The notes: generated by a model not told the origin, from the letters alone. Shown: positions 11,701-20,870, numbered from the stretch's first letter. The stretch: 64,000 nt of DNA from Fibrobacteria bacterium (GCA_050294405.1 JBNKOC010000031.1:1-64000); one strand, 5' to 3'. Program-made: numbers and translations.

Positions 11701-11959
11701 TACCGAATACACCCGCTTCCAATATGGATTTGGATGGGAAGATGGGGATTTTAGCACAGAAGCTCAGCTTAAAATTTTCAATTTGAAAGGTAAATTAATT
11801 AAGGAATTTAACCTCAAAGGTGAAGCTGGAAAGGGGGGCGAATTAATTTGGAATGGTAAGGACCAGTTTAACCAGAAGATTCCTTCCGGGACGTATTTTT
11901 ACCAATTTGTTACTCCTTCCAAAAGTTCAAAGATTTTCAAACTGGTAATATCTCGTTAA
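5738..11959 (+). CDS. Giant secreted surface protein: LamG/ConA-like and DUF2341-like domains, bacterial Ig-like repeats, C-terminal FlgD-Ig/T9SS-like sorting domain
   Basis: N-terminal signal peptide. LamG-like segments (WHLVS...IYIDG...IGA...GLDEIRI). DUF2341-like DFRVTD...IQSWD...VWIK...YLYWGN. Ig repeats (SPPLSGTVND...GDGTWVL). Tail QNFPNPF...IFNLKG...WNGKD...PSGTYFY. Confidence 0.8.
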   Translation: MLRFGHFVIVWLGLILSPRHVWSQCSPAGVSGVVLWLKASEGLTFQTGTKNVSRWQDVSGCGFTDLSNSNTSNQPLYVEDALNHWPVIQFDGSNDVLTRSGANLNVQTIFIVTRLDSNNTTQFGTLLSNGNDQLNIRKEWASREYRILGADVNDFINNAPADSNFWVNGTLTGINPNGWHVVSAKSENTKNYQDLWIGNASSNFSRFWQGGVAELIMFNADLSDADRIKIEKYLGEKYQIPQLFSGYDDWSYSMPLQLNTTSNGVNVLSNVTDYPLYLKLDNNTFDFSQFSSGGQDFRVTDGFGNALPLEIQSWDDVNESAAVWIKTDVTGNANTQTLYLYWGNPEAVSLHNPSGVFPSVQNYGAVWHLETDPPSGPIIDNTNNNNTGYLQGSWDSADLIDGPVGKAFNFKGSQSVVVDNSSSINIANFTVSAWVRTTQTGQGANEFENACIFDKDLSGPNAGWFLNLASGSGRVNFSSQDQFLVSNTDVNDSSWHLVSLVKTNTQKKIYIDGNLDITVSDTSQASNSNSFFIGARYGSQSYFVGGLDEIRIENANRGDDWNRLYYQNIAYPALLYSLGASGNSNRPEVGYTESYVIPAAQVVQKTGGLGTVEISFKIVDSSSTSAKINLFSYSVDGGVNWKDINGPSNVLPADFFTKNWQAGNSYATAPVQSFNVTTKNIPEMVEQDLPDVRFRLQPKAGQVQGFFAISDTVRIDNEYPSLTIPKLITPDPDPSFSGTADELLSLVLFVIDGDTLGGNVVGSGFNLPDNSLGRNLDSGVYAVTVIAFDVFGNRAVHNGSDELTINSKAPLISVDQLLTNDTSPPLSGTVNDTGASILVEVDGNSYPAENLGDGTWVLSNNTISSLQTGIYDVVATATNQYGLSGSDGTNNELEIDADPIVIETDNLYTNSTNPNISGTINDLSAQIELHILGEIYTAQNNGDGTWLLNGDLLDPLPEDSILFVVEAGDSAGNTGSDSSAYIIVDLTAPELVSISPNQSLTVFRPNLQMEFDEDIFAISEEEIALVDLEKDSIIETIVINDSNIQKEGTKGLSLIYSTDFEAGKRYGVRIGDNAIQDRAGNSFAGFDSDSTWSFTIADSSVAFLNAITSSNAAGIYKKGDSINLNLEFNQAVTLKNGSLNLILQTGTVPDTVSLDIFDLRETVSFNYVVQEGDSTKNFNVLGMFLDSTAQLLNAADSLALLDIPRGSNVSDFVKIVLDAKEFILTILKPETNKSVRTASVGYEINKDAAWGRISWINGIGPNGEDLENQEILLTSDVLSRGVYEDIPLFPNLVSGGIYTVFFEFRDFSDNSITGFRELIEIEPPNSLVIDYQERVFSPSDTLVLRALGLDLDSAGKVINKDTVFLTNAKWDVIGEAELIAPGVIVFKKMEHVDVIATVGALADTVRLYVTTSELKISNGTNPTFTLSPNLTVVVPTWEEQKQITIPVNIIDSSEVNMSGLRQAGYIYKFENVLVEAMDFRFLPDTSFIRPDEMHLAQLYCWPEGKDSRPILLEVERKSDERLVFQLRNDSLGIIGVAIDEQQPTANYKVANAVSSDSNITFTYILNDNIQNYKAFLVMQKGGFTEAPMKTALDFENNEEASVTIKSENFTEQGLSYWIEVWDGLQYAKVDTGHLSITMKDNMDLPSPLKNDEYIMFSIPQKPVANKVKNLLVPDWGKLTKTSWRLYEYDEGFNELSEDSRLVPGKSYFVNTSGFEPQIEVPGGSFSVLPLNEFLYSDLNPEWNTIAVPFSFKVPLKKLREFNRGQPRYIYELVDEVFVPLEDDEVELDAWSGYLFYNGPPDSQWVDSLIWRGINQTISQTPVVLGKKALSENLSVQINGKLGEKWLGAVRVAKSQSNLKFALPSFKAKKEEMFIDYEGKKLSHLESSEFSEGLKWNLRAKLQKGQSLNLNLVAKASENPPHIAFWDEVRSGWTELGVFSKEKTVLLKNSKGLESLQFFMGSPEWIKEQKNNLELASSFFIAQNFPNPFTEYTRFQYGFGWEDGDFSTEAQLKIFNLKGKLIKEFNLKGEAGKGGELIWNGKDQFNQKIPSGTYFYQFVTPSKSSKIFKLVISR

Positions 11960-12114
11960 TTATTTGTAGCAATCTATTACAGGGAAAAACAAACTTTTAA
12001 AAGTTTTTTTCATTAGCTGTAAAAAAAAGAAATTAAATTTAAATGAAATTTTGGGAATGAGCCTAAAAGCTACATTTTTACCTAAAATGAATTTATGGTT
12101 TCTTTTAATTCCTG

Positions 12115-15100
12115 TTGATAATCAAAATTCTGAAATCATTTAAAACTCCCATTGAATGGAATACCAAAAGCTGTCTTTGGTTGTTTTTCCTGATGTTTCC
12201 AATTCTGGCAATGAGCCAGGTAGTAATAACTGTCGACCAGATTGTTAGCGATAAAATCAGTCCTGCTTTAAGCGGCACTGTTAGTGATCCAAAACTTAAA
12301 GTGCGCATTTATATTGCAGAGGAAAATCATCAGGCTATCGTGGAACCAAATGGGAATTGGAATATCCCCGAAGGAACGTTTGCCAGTTTGAAAGAGGGAG
12401 AGTTTGATGTTCTTGCCCTAGCCCTGGATGCAGATGAAGAGCTGGCAAGAGATGCCAGTCAATCAGAGCTCAAGATTAAACTGGCAAAAATTGATTTTTC
12501 GTTGGACAAAACACTTTTTAATTCCTCTACTCCAAGCTTGTCTGGAAAAATTTCAGATGTTGAGGCCAAATTGGAGTTGGAAATAAATGGCTTAAAATTG
12601 GGATGTCAGGTTAATGCAAATGGAACTTGGCTTTTGGATAGTAATGTATTTAATTCCAACTCCTTGTCTGAGGGCTACTATTTGGCAAAGTTTAAAGCTT
12701 CTCAGATTACCGGAAACGAGCTTTTTTTTCAAGAGTCTTTGTTAGTTGATGTTACGAATCCTATGAGCGTATCTCTAATGCCAAATGAAACTCTGGTGTC
12801 CAAAACTCCAGTGTTTTTCCTTAGTTTTACAGAAGCGGTGTATCCTGGAGAAGGAAAGCTCAGTTTATACAATAAATCGAATAACCAGCTTATACAGCAT
12901 ATTGAAACCAGCAATTCTAAGTTAAAAGGCTGGGGAAGCGCCAACCTGGAATTTACGCTTGATGCGCAATTGCCGGAAAATTCGGAAATATATTTGATTG
13001 TCGACAACCGATTCGCCAAAGATGGGGCCGGAAATTTTTATGGGGGAATTAATGTAAGCGATAGCTGGTGTTTTACCACACTCTCTAATGATGGAGCCTT
13101 TATAAAAAAAATAGAATCAACCAGTTCCTCGCCTCTTTTAACAAATGCGTTTTTAGAGCTTATCGTTACTTTTTCAGAATCCGTATCCTTAAGGGGAGGA
13201 AACATTAATTTTAACCTGGAAACAGGGGCAACTGATGTGGTGCTTAGCCACGGCCCCTTTGAAAATAAAGATAGCATTATGCTTAGCTATGTTATTGAAA
13301 ATGGTAATTTTTCCCCGGAATTGGAAATAACAACAGCCTTTTTGCAAAATGGCGCAACTTTAACCACTCATAACGGCTCTAAAAATGTTGCCATAAATAT
13401 GGATGAAGAAAATCGGCTCAGCAAATATAGCTCAATTAGGGTAGATGGTGTTCCCCTGGAAACTCAGCTTATAAGCCCACAGTTGGGGGCCGCGGCTTTT
13501 CATGGGGGAGTCACATATTATTCTAACAAAGATTTAAGCGCTGGCACATTAACCTGGATTTCCGATGAGGATATTGACGGTAACCCATTGGAAACTTATG
13601 AATGGACCAGAGTTCTGGAAGAAGAAGAGTTAAAAGCAGGAATACATTACGATGTTGGTATTGAGAAAGAGTTGCCCTATGGTCGTATTTACAACCTAAT
13701 TTTTTCGGCCTACGATTTTAACCAGCTTTCTGTAACTTTAGGTTGGACGCAAATTTCCATGTTAGCTGACATCAAGGAAATTGAAATAGCTCCTTCCTCA
13801 GGTAGGTTCCCCATGGGTGAGCCTTTAACTTTTAGGGCCTTCCCGCACAGCCTTAATTCCCAGGGACAAGATACCATTATAACGGAGCCGCTGGAAAATG
13901 TGGAATGGGTTCTAAATGGCCCTGGCGAGCTTAACAATGGCTACTTTAAATCCACAGGTTTAGGAGATGTGAAAATAATTGCAAACTATGGGGATATATC
14001 CGCAGAAGCAAACATAACTGTATACCAGGCGGAGCTTGCCGCCCCAACAAATATTTCGGAATATTTTTCAGTAGGGGAGTATCTGCAAATTAAGTATACT
14101 GAATCGGCAAAAGAAAATTACCCCACTAGGGTTAACATAATAGCTGCAGAAAATTTACCGGAAGGTATAGAACCTTTTGGTCAGGGCTTGCAATTTAACA
14201 GCAATGAAGGGGCTCTTGAAGAAATCAGATTTAATCTTCCCCCCGGACAAATAATACCCTCTCAGTTGTTGAGCTACGCTTCAGCAGGAGACGGGGTTTG
14301 GAAAAAAGTAGATAGTGACATCGAAAATGGCTGGATTGCCATTAAGGTGGAGGACAACAACTATAAGCAATTTGTGAATGGAGTAGATACTATTGTTCCA
14401 TCAGTCAAAGTTCTAAATGGCAGCATTGAGGCCGTAGAAGGCAAGCCGGTAAATTTTGCTTACATTGCGCAGGATAATATCGATAATCCCAGGGTAGAAA
14501 TTGAACTGTGCATTGGGGGGATGGAGGATGTTTACCGGGAAACAATTAGCTATAACAGCGGAAAGTCCATGTCCTGGGAAATTCCTGCGCAGTTTATCAG
14601 CAAAAGGGGTTTAAACTTTACTTTAAAAATGACAGATGGCCATACCACCAGCTCTACAGAACCTATTGCTGTTGAAGTGATAGGAACAAAAGATTGGGCT
14701 CCACTTCAAAAGCTGCAACCCGATGTATATCAAATGTTTTCCATTCCTGCCAATGTTCAGGAAAATAAAGTGGAAAATTTATTAACCCCTTTATGGGGAA
14801 AGTCCGACAGAAGCCTTTGGAGATTATACCAATATAATTCCTCCTTTATAGAAATTTTTGAGGGCAGCAGAATTCTTCCAGGCAAGGCTTACTGGGTAAA
14901 TATGAAAGGGGACGTGCCGGAATTATTGTTAAAAGCAAATAGTTATAAGACCCATAATTTAAAGGGAAACTTTACCGTAAGCTTACATGAAGGATGGAAC
15001 ACCATATCCAACCCCTACAGTTATCCCATACCTCTTAAAGCCCTGGCGGATTCAAATAATTTGCCGGAACTCATTGTGTATCAGGGAAAGCTAGACAGCT

Positions 15101-16005
15101 TTGAAAAGTTGAATGTTAGCGATTCTTTATATCCATGGAAGGGTTACATTATTTGGAATGGTGAGGAGGATGCAGCCTGGGCCGACGAATTGGTTATTCC
15201 TTGGCATTGGGGAAATACTGTGCTCTCTCAAGGCAAACTATCTACAGTTAAAACGGATAAAACATACAGGGCAAACTTAAAACTTAAAGGCTTTGACAAC
15301 TCCTTAAGTTTTGGAACTTTTATTTCCAATGACCGCCTCCAGGATAGGCTTTCCATATCATTGCCCACATTTGGAAAAAATTCACAAATTTTCTGGTCGG
15401 CAAAAGATGAACTCAGTCGCTATCAAATGGAATTGGCGGCTCATAACGATAAGGGAAACTCCTGGTTATTAAGGATCCAAAGCCCTTCAGAAACAAATAT
15501 GGAAATGCTGTTAAATTTGGAAAGCCCCCTTCCTCAAGGTTTTGAAGCCTCCGCATATCACCCTATGACCGGAGTTGTTCAGAAATTTGATAATGGAAAA
15601 ATTAGTTTTGCTCCCTCTGGGAAAAACCTTCAAACAGAAGAATATGTTATTGTTATCGGAACTCCTGAGTTTTCAAAGGAGCTTTTTGAGAGCTGGGACG
15701 TTGGGCAATTAACTCTGGAATTAAAACCAAACTTTCCAAATCCGTTTTCGTCTTTTACCCAATTTAGTGTAAGTATCCCATCCTGGGTGTATTTCAACGA
15801 GCTTGAAGTGCGACTTGAAATTTATAAACTGAATGGGGATAAAGTTAAAACCCTGCATAAGGGCAAAATAAGTTCAGGAAATCAGCTTTTTAGCTGGGAT
15901 GGAACGGACGGCCTAGGCCGACCTCTTCCTTCCGGGGGTTACCTGGGCTTGTTAAGTTTGCCTGGCCATAAAAATCGAAGTTTTAAAATGGTTCTGTCCA
16001 GGTAA
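12115..16005 (+). CDS. Large secreted Ig-like repeat protein with FlgD-Ig/T9SS-like tail; paralogue of the C-terminal ~60% of the upstream protein
   Basis: Hydrophobic signal segment (exact start uncertain). Shares ordered motifs with the upstream gene: SPALSGTVSD, YQMFSIP, WRLYQY, PGKAYWVN, WNTISNP, NFPNPF, WDGTD...PSGGY. Confidence 0.8.
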   Translation: MIIKILKSFKTPIEWNTKSCLWLFFLMFPILAMSQVVITVDQIVSDKISPALSGTVSDPKLKVRIYIAEENHQAIVEPNGNWNIPEGTFASLKEGEFDVLALALDADEELARDASQSELKIKLAKIDFSLDKTLFNSSTPSLSGKISDVEAKLELEINGLKLGCQVNANGTWLLDSNVFNSNSLSEGYYLAKFKASQITGNELFFQESLLVDVTNPMSVSLMPNETLVSKTPVFFLSFTEAVYPGEGKLSLYNKSNNQLIQHIETSNSKLKGWGSANLEFTLDAQLPENSEIYLIVDNRFAKDGAGNFYGGINVSDSWCFTTLSNDGAFIKKIESTSSSPLLTNAFLELIVTFSESVSLRGGNINFNLETGATDVVLSHGPFENKDSIMLSYVIENGNFSPELEITTAFLQNGATLTTHNGSKNVAINMDEENRLSKYSSIRVDGVPLETQLISPQLGAAAFHGGVTYYSNKDLSAGTLTWISDEDIDGNPLETYEWTRVLEEEELKAGIHYDVGIEKELPYGRIYNLIFSAYDFNQLSVTLGWTQISMLADIKEIEIAPSSGRFPMGEPLTFRAFPHSLNSQGQDTIITEPLENVEWVLNGPGELNNGYFKSTGLGDVKIIANYGDISAEANITVYQAELAAPTNISEYFSVGEYLQIKYTESAKENYPTRVNIIAAENLPEGIEPFGQGLQFNSNEGALEEIRFNLPPGQIIPSQLLSYASAGDGVWKKVDSDIENGWIAIKVEDNNYKQFVNGVDTIVPSVKVLNGSIEAVEGKPVNFAYIAQDNIDNPRVEIELCIGGMEDVYRETISYNSGKSMSWEIPAQFISKRGLNFTLKMTDGHTTSSTEPIAVEVIGTKDWAPLQKLQPDVYQMFSIPANVQENKVENLLTPLWGKSDRSLWRLYQYNSSFIEIFEGSRILPGKAYWVNMKGDVPELLLKANSYKTHNLKGNFTVSLHEGWNTISNPYSYPIPLKALADSNNLPELIVYQGKLDSFEKLNVSDSLYPWKGYIIWNGEEDAAWADELVIPWHWGNTVLSQGKLSTVKTDKTYRANLKLKGFDNSLSFGTFISNDRLQDRLSISLPTFGKNSQIFWSAKDELSRYQMELAAHNDKGNSWLLRIQSPSETNMEMLLNLESPLPQGFEASAYHPMTGVVQKFDNGKISFAPSGKNLQTEEYVIVIGTPEFSKELFESWDVGQLTLELKPNFPNPFSSFTQFSVSIPSWVYFNELEVRLEIYKLNGDKVKTLHKGKISSGNQLFSWDGTDGLGRPLPSGGYLGLLSLPGHKNRSFKMVLSR

Positions 16006-16122
16006 AAATAAAAACGCAGATATATATCTTTTCCCAATAAAATGAATTAATTTATGAGGAATTCTTTTTTATTTAAAAAATGAATTTCTTTAAGCCTTTT
16101 TAAGGTTTAAAGTCTGAAGTGT

Positions 16123-16842
16123 ATGATTCCAATTAAAATCTTATCACAGCCGGACGACACAACCTGCGGACCAACAAGCCTGCATGCCGTTTACAAATTT
16201 TATAAAGACAGCATTTCTTTAAATAAAATTATAAAAGAAGTTTCTTCGTTAGACGATGGGGGAACATTGGCTGTTATGTTAGCTAATCATGCCTTAAAAC
16301 GGGGCTATGATGCCCAAATATACACTTACAATCTTCAGGTATTTGATCCAAGTTGGGAATTTAAAAACCCTAAAGACTTAATTAAGAAGTTAGAAAAACA
16401 AGTTGAATTAAAGCGCACAAAAAAAATGGAAAGAGCCACATCCGCATATGTAAAATACTTGAGATTAGGGGGCCAAATATATTTCCAGGACCTGAGTGTG
16501 CGTTTACTCAAAAAATTTTTTAGCCAAAAAACTCCTATTTTAACTGGCCTCAGTTCCACCTATTTGTACAATTGCAAGAGGGAATATACCGCTTCGAATG
16601 GCCAAAGTGTATATGATGATGTTAAAGGATCTCCTCAAGGCCATTTTGTGGTGCTTTGCGGTCTGGATGCGAAAAAAAGGGTGGTGGTAGCCGACCCATA
16701 CAGTGAAAACCCAATTTCAAATAACAATTATTACTCTGTGCGAATCAATCGCTTATTGAATTCCATTATGTTAGGAATAGTAACATACGATGCAAATTTG
16801 CTCATTTTAAAACCTAGAAAAGTACGGGAAAAAAGTGGATAA
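16123..16842 (+). CDS. Papain-fold (C39-like) cysteine peptidase
   Basis: QPDDTTCGPTSL (oxyanion Gln and catalytic Cys), GHFVVL (His), VADP (Asp). Overlaps the next gene. Confidence 0.75.
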   Translation: MIPIKILSQPDDTTCGPTSLHAVYKFYKDSISLNKIIKEVSSLDDGGTLAVMLANHALKRGYDAQIYTYNLQVFDPSWEFKNPKDLIKKLEKQVELKRTKKMERATSAYVKYLRLGGQIYFQDLSVRLLKKFFSQKTPILTGLSSTYLYNCKREYTASNGQSVYDDVKGSPQGHFVVLCGLDAKKRVVVADPYSENPISNNNYYSVRINRLLNSIMLGIVTYDANLLILKPRKVREKSG

Positions 16843-18301
16843 ACTTATTGTTGTCAATGACCCATCCGATTGGAATTTTAATATACCCAATTTAGAAGTA
16901 GTTTCCACCAGGGATTATTTAACCGTTCCGGCATTTCTTGAACGCAAAAATTTGCGGGTATTTAATTTGGCTAAATCCTATAAATACCTGTCTTCAGGGT
17001 ATTATGTGAGTTTGTTAGCCGAAGGGCGTGGGCACAAGGTTATTCCCAGCGTAACAACCATACAAGATTTCAAATCTCAAAACCTAATAAAAGTTATTAG
17101 CGATGAAATTGAAGAAACAATCCAAAAAGTTCTTAAAAATATTCGCTCAGATACTTTTACTTTGAGTATTTATTTTGGAAAAAACCCATCTATGCAGTAC
17201 GATGTTTTGTGTAACCAGCTTTATAACCTTTTTCAGGCGCCTATGTTGCGTGCACAATTCAAACATCAAAAAAAATGGATACTAAACAGCATAGCCCCTA
17301 TTTCTGCAAAGGACATTCCTGAAACCCATGAGCCCTATGTACAGGAATTTGCCAAGGAGTATTTTTCTAAATCCAGATACCACTCCACCAAAATTTCCAA
17401 ATACAATTACGACTTAGCCATTTTACATAATCCCAAAGAGAAAGCGCCTCCTTCGGATAAAAAAGCTCTGGATAAATTTTTGGATACCGCTGAGGAACTA
17501 GGCATGTATGCGGAACTTATTACCAAGGAAGATTACAACAGACTGCCCCAATTTGATGCCTTGTTTATCAGAGAAACTACCTCGGTGAATCATCATACCT
17601 ATAGATTTTCCCGGAGGGCAATGGCAGAGGGCCTGGTTGTTATCGATGATCCTCAATCCATATTGCGCTGCGCCAACAAAGTTTATTTGGCAGAAATTTT
17701 GGCAAAAGCAAAAATTCCAACACCAAAAACCATCATATTGCACAAAAATAACATTCCCCAGGCTGCGGAATATTTGGGCTTTCCCTGTGTATTAAAAAGG
17801 CCCGACAGTTCGTTTTCTCAAGGGGTTGTGCGAGCCGAAAATCTGGAAAGTTTGCAAAAAGAATTGGATGAAATGCTTAAAAGCTCGGATTTAGTAATAG
17901 GCCAAAGTTTTTTGCCCACAGATTACGACTGGCGAATTGGGATTTTGGATGGAAAAGCGATATTTGCCTGCAAATATTATATGGCTGAAAACCATTGGCA
18001 AATATATAATTGGTCTCAGGGAAAAAAATCCCAGCAGTCAGGAAAAAGTGAAACATTACCGGTAGCAAAGGTGCCAAAAGAGGTCACTGAGCTTGCTTTG
18101 AAATCTACCCAACTCATTGGAGACGGTTTATATGGAGTAGACCTTAAGCAAAAAGGCAAAAAATTATATGTTATTGAAATTAATGACAACCCAAATATTG
18201 ATTCGGGTCTGGAAGATTTTATTCTAAAAGACAAGCTCTATAAAATAGTACTTCAATCTTTTAAGCGGAGACTGGATGAGTCCAAGCGAAATGTCAAATA
18301 A
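16835..18301 (+). CDS. RimK-family ATP-grasp peptide ligase with N-terminal RLAN domain
   Basis: RLAN signature GYYVSLLAEGRGHKVIPSV. ATP-grasp motifs KRPDSSFSQGV, DWRIG, YGVDLK, IEINDNPNID. Confidence 0.88.
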   Translation: MDKLIVVNDPSDWNFNIPNLEVVSTRDYLTVPAFLERKNLRVFNLAKSYKYLSSGYYVSLLAEGRGHKVIPSVTTIQDFKSQNLIKVISDEIEETIQKVLKNIRSDTFTLSIYFGKNPSMQYDVLCNQLYNLFQAPMLRAQFKHQKKWILNSIAPISAKDIPETHEPYVQEFAKEYFSKSRYHSTKISKYNYDLAILHNPKEKAPPSDKKALDKFLDTAEELGMYAELITKEDYNRLPQFDALFIRETTSVNHHTYRFSRRAMAEGLVVIDDPQSILRCANKVYLAEILAKAKIPTPKTIILHKNNIPQAAEYLGFPCVLKRPDSSFSQGVVRAENLESLQKELDEMLKSSDLVIGQSFLPTDYDWRIGILDGKAIFACKYYMAENHWQIYNWSQGKKSQQSGKSETLPVAKVPKEVTELALKSTQLIGDGLYGVDLKQKGKKLYVIEINDNPNIDSGLEDFILKDKLYKIVLQSFKRRLDESKRNVK

Positions 18302-19526
18302 GAGTCCCTTGCATTTGTTTGAAGCCTTTGGCGTGGAGCTGGAGTATATGATAGTGGACCGTGATTCACTTGCTGTGATGCCCATTGCCCACAAATTGAT
18401 AGAGGATAAATTGGGCCACATCGCAAATGATGTGGAAGAAGGCGATATTGCCTGGTCCAATGAATTAGTAAGCCATGTTATTGAACTAAAAACCAATGGA
18501 CCCAGTTCCGTTTTAAACGGACTGCCGGACAAATTTCTAAATCAAATTCAGGAAATAAACCAGCGATTGGAAAAGTGGAATGCCATGTTATTGCCCGGTG
18601 CGGCTCATCCTTTTTTCAACCCTGATTTGGAAACAGTTTTATGGCCTTATGACAACAAGGAAATTTATGATTGCTACAATGATATTTTTAATTGCAAAGG
18701 GCATGGTTGGTCGAATTTGCAAAGCGTTCACTTGAATCTGCCTTTCCATGGGGATGAGGAGTTCGGGAGGCTTCATGCGGCTATTCGGCTTATTCTTCCT
18801 CTTATTCCCGCTCTTAGCGCAAGCTCTCCTATTATTGAATTGAAGGAAACTGGGTTTAAAAGCACTCGATTGGAATACTACCGGAAAAACCAACAAGCCG
18901 TTCCCAGCATATCAGGTTTGATTATTCCCGAAAGGGTATTCAGCGAAAAAGATTATTATGAAAAAATATTCGATCCAATTTTGCAGGATATGGAAAAGTT
19001 GGATCCAAAACATGTTTTAGAACATCAGTTTTTAAATTCTCGGGGCGCAATCGCCCGATTTGACCGGGGAGCCATTGAAATAAGGCTTTTGGATATTCAG
19101 GAATGCCCTCTTGGCGATGTGGCGGTGTTATCGGCAATTGTGGAAGTGCTTAAAAAACTGGTATCCGAAAGTTGGCTTTCCTACGAAAACCAATGTAAAT
19201 GGTCTGAAAAGGAATTGTACAGCATTTTCTTAAAAACCATCCAAAGCGGTGAAGATACATTAATTGAAAACATCGACTTCTTAAAAATATTTGGTATTTC
19301 TTTACCTAAAATGATGGTAGGGGATTTATGGCGTTTTATTGTGGAACAACTGGATTTTCCCTATAAAGATCCATTTATCTGGATTTTGGAAAACGGTAGT
19401 TTGTCCACAAGGATATTGAAAAAGATGGATAATAGCGTAAACCGGCCTAACATTCTCCAATGTTATGGAGAACTGGCCCGTTGCCTGGCTAGCAATAGCT
19501 TTTTTTCTCCCCGCAAATCAGCTTGA
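18276..19526 (+). CDS. Glutamate--cysteine ligase family 2 (GCS2/YbdK-like) carboxylate-amine ligase
   Basis: FGVELEYMIVD, ELVSHVIELKT, QSVHLN, ALSASSP, IEIRLLD. Alternative start at 18291. Confidence 0.85.
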   Translation: MSPSEMSNKSPLHLFEAFGVELEYMIVDRDSLAVMPIAHKLIEDKLGHIANDVEEGDIAWSNELVSHVIELKTNGPSSVLNGLPDKFLNQIQEINQRLEKWNAMLLPGAAHPFFNPDLETVLWPYDNKEIYDCYNDIFNCKGHGWSNLQSVHLNLPFHGDEEFGRLHAAIRLILPLIPALSASSPIIELKETGFKSTRLEYYRKNQQAVPSISGLIIPERVFSEKDYYEKIFDPILQDMEKLDPKHVLEHQFLNSRGAIARFDRGAIEIRLLDIQECPLGDVAVLSAIVEVLKKLVSESWLSYENQCKWSEKELYSIFLKTIQSGEDTLIENIDFLKIFGISLPKMMVGDLWRFIVEQLDFPYKDPFIWILENGSLSTRILKKMDNSVNRPNILQCYGELARCLASNSFFSPRKSA

Positions 19527-20263
19527 TGAAATACAAATTGATTTTAAGCTGCGAACATGCATCCAATCACATCCCCAAAGATTTCGCTTCCCATTTAAAG
19601 GTTCCGGCAAAAATATTGAGTAGCCATTTGGCTTACGATCTGGGGGCAAGGGAAGTTTTTGAGTATTTAAGGCGATGCTCCGGGGCCTATGGTCTATCGG
19701 CGGATGTGTCACGGCTTTTGGTGGATTGCAACCGTTCCTTCTATGGGAAGCGGCCCTTCAGCGACTATAGCAATAACATGGAGGCCGCGCTTAAATCAAG
19801 GGCTTTGGAATTTTTTTATCTTCCTTTTAGGCAAAAATTAGAAAGACAAATAAAATCCAATTTCCAAAACGGATTCGGAACTATACATATATCAGTTCAC
19901 AGTTTTACTCCAAAATTAAGAGGCATTGTTCGCAACGCCCACATCGGATTGCTTTATTCTCCCAAGAGGAAGATGGAAAAAAACGTAGTAAACCGAATTT
20001 TTGCCGATACCCGGCAAGCAAAACAAAACTGGATTCTCAGAAAAAATTATCCTTATTTGGGAATTGCCGATGGCTTCACCAGTTATTTGCGCAAACATTT
20101 TCCAGCAAGCTCATATTTGGGATTGGAGTTGGAAATAAACCAGTCGATTTTTAAAATGGGTGTGCCTCAAGGCCTAAAAAAATTGAGCCCCTTTTTAAAT
20201 TTGCTTAGCCAATTAAATAATACGAAGCGAAGTAACCTGGTCTTGGCAGAAAATGTATATTAA
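19526..20263 (+). CDS. N-formylglutamate amidohydrolase family protein
   Basis: SCEHASN, HLAYDLGA, SRLLVDCNR, SVHSFTP, LELEINQ. TGATG stop/start overlap with the GCS2 gene. Confidence 0.85.
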   Translation: MKYKLILSCEHASNHIPKDFASHLKVPAKILSSHLAYDLGAREVFEYLRRCSGAYGLSADVSRLLVDCNRSFYGKRPFSDYSNNMEAALKSRALEFFYLPFRQKLERQIKSNFQNGFGTIHISVHSFTPKLRGIVRNAHIGLLYSPKRKMEKNVVNRIFADTRQAKQNWILRKNYPYLGIADGFTSYLRKHFPASSYLGLELEINQSIFKMGVPQGLKKLSPFLNLLSQLNNTKRSNLVLAENVY

Positions 20264-20267
20264 TAAT

Positions 20268-20714
20268 ATGGGGAATAGGTTTCGAAATATATTTATTGGC
20301 CTTAGTGTATGCGGATTGCTTGCTACTTATGCCGCCGATGCTGAGGTTGAGGGCTCTGAGGCCATAAAGGCTTATGAATCCGAGGGCTTTTTGAATTACA
20401 AGCTCCATTGCGGCATATGCCACTCCATAACGCCTCCCAAGGATGTGGCTCCGCCATTATCACAGGTGCTGGAAGTTTACCACAATGCCTATCCCGACTC
20501 CGCGACTTTTGTTAAAAAAGTTTCAGATTGGGTAAGCCATCCCAATAAAAATAAAACGCTTATTCCCGGGGCAATCAAGGAACATAAAATTATGCCTAAA
20601 TTGCCTTATGATAAGGAAACCATTCGAAAAATTTCAGAATGGATGTGGAATGCCACTCAGTGCCCCGATCCGCCAAATAGCAGCGATCCCCAGCCTGATT
20701 TGGGAAACTGCTAA
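20268..20714 (+). CDS. Exported monoheme cytochrome c
   Basis: Signal peptide, heme motif CGICH, APP segment, distal Met in IMPK. Confidence 0.8.
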   Translation: MGNRFRNIFIGLSVCGLLATYAADAEVEGSEAIKAYESEGFLNYKLHCGICHSITPPKDVAPPLSQVLEVYHNAYPDSATFVKKVSDWVSHPNKNKTLIPGAIKEHKIMPKLPYDKETIRKISEWMWNATQCPDPPNSSDPQPDLGNC

Positions 20715-20844
20715 AACTGTATATTCGTTTATATTTTTTGCTTAAATTTGGATATTAAGTATCCACATTTTGGTAATTTCACTTGAAATTGCAGATTTTG
20801 TCCCTTTTTTTGAAATAAAATAAGGCATTCTAAAATAGCCATAT

Positions 20845-20860
20845 TGGCACATAATTCGCT
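20845..20860 (+). promoter_or_regulatory. Putative sigma54 (RpoN) -24/-12 promoter
   Basis: TGGCACATAATTCGCT has GG-N10-GC spacing and one mismatch to TGGCAC-N5-TTGCW. Confidence 0.5.
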
Positions 20861-20870
20861 TTTTAATGGG

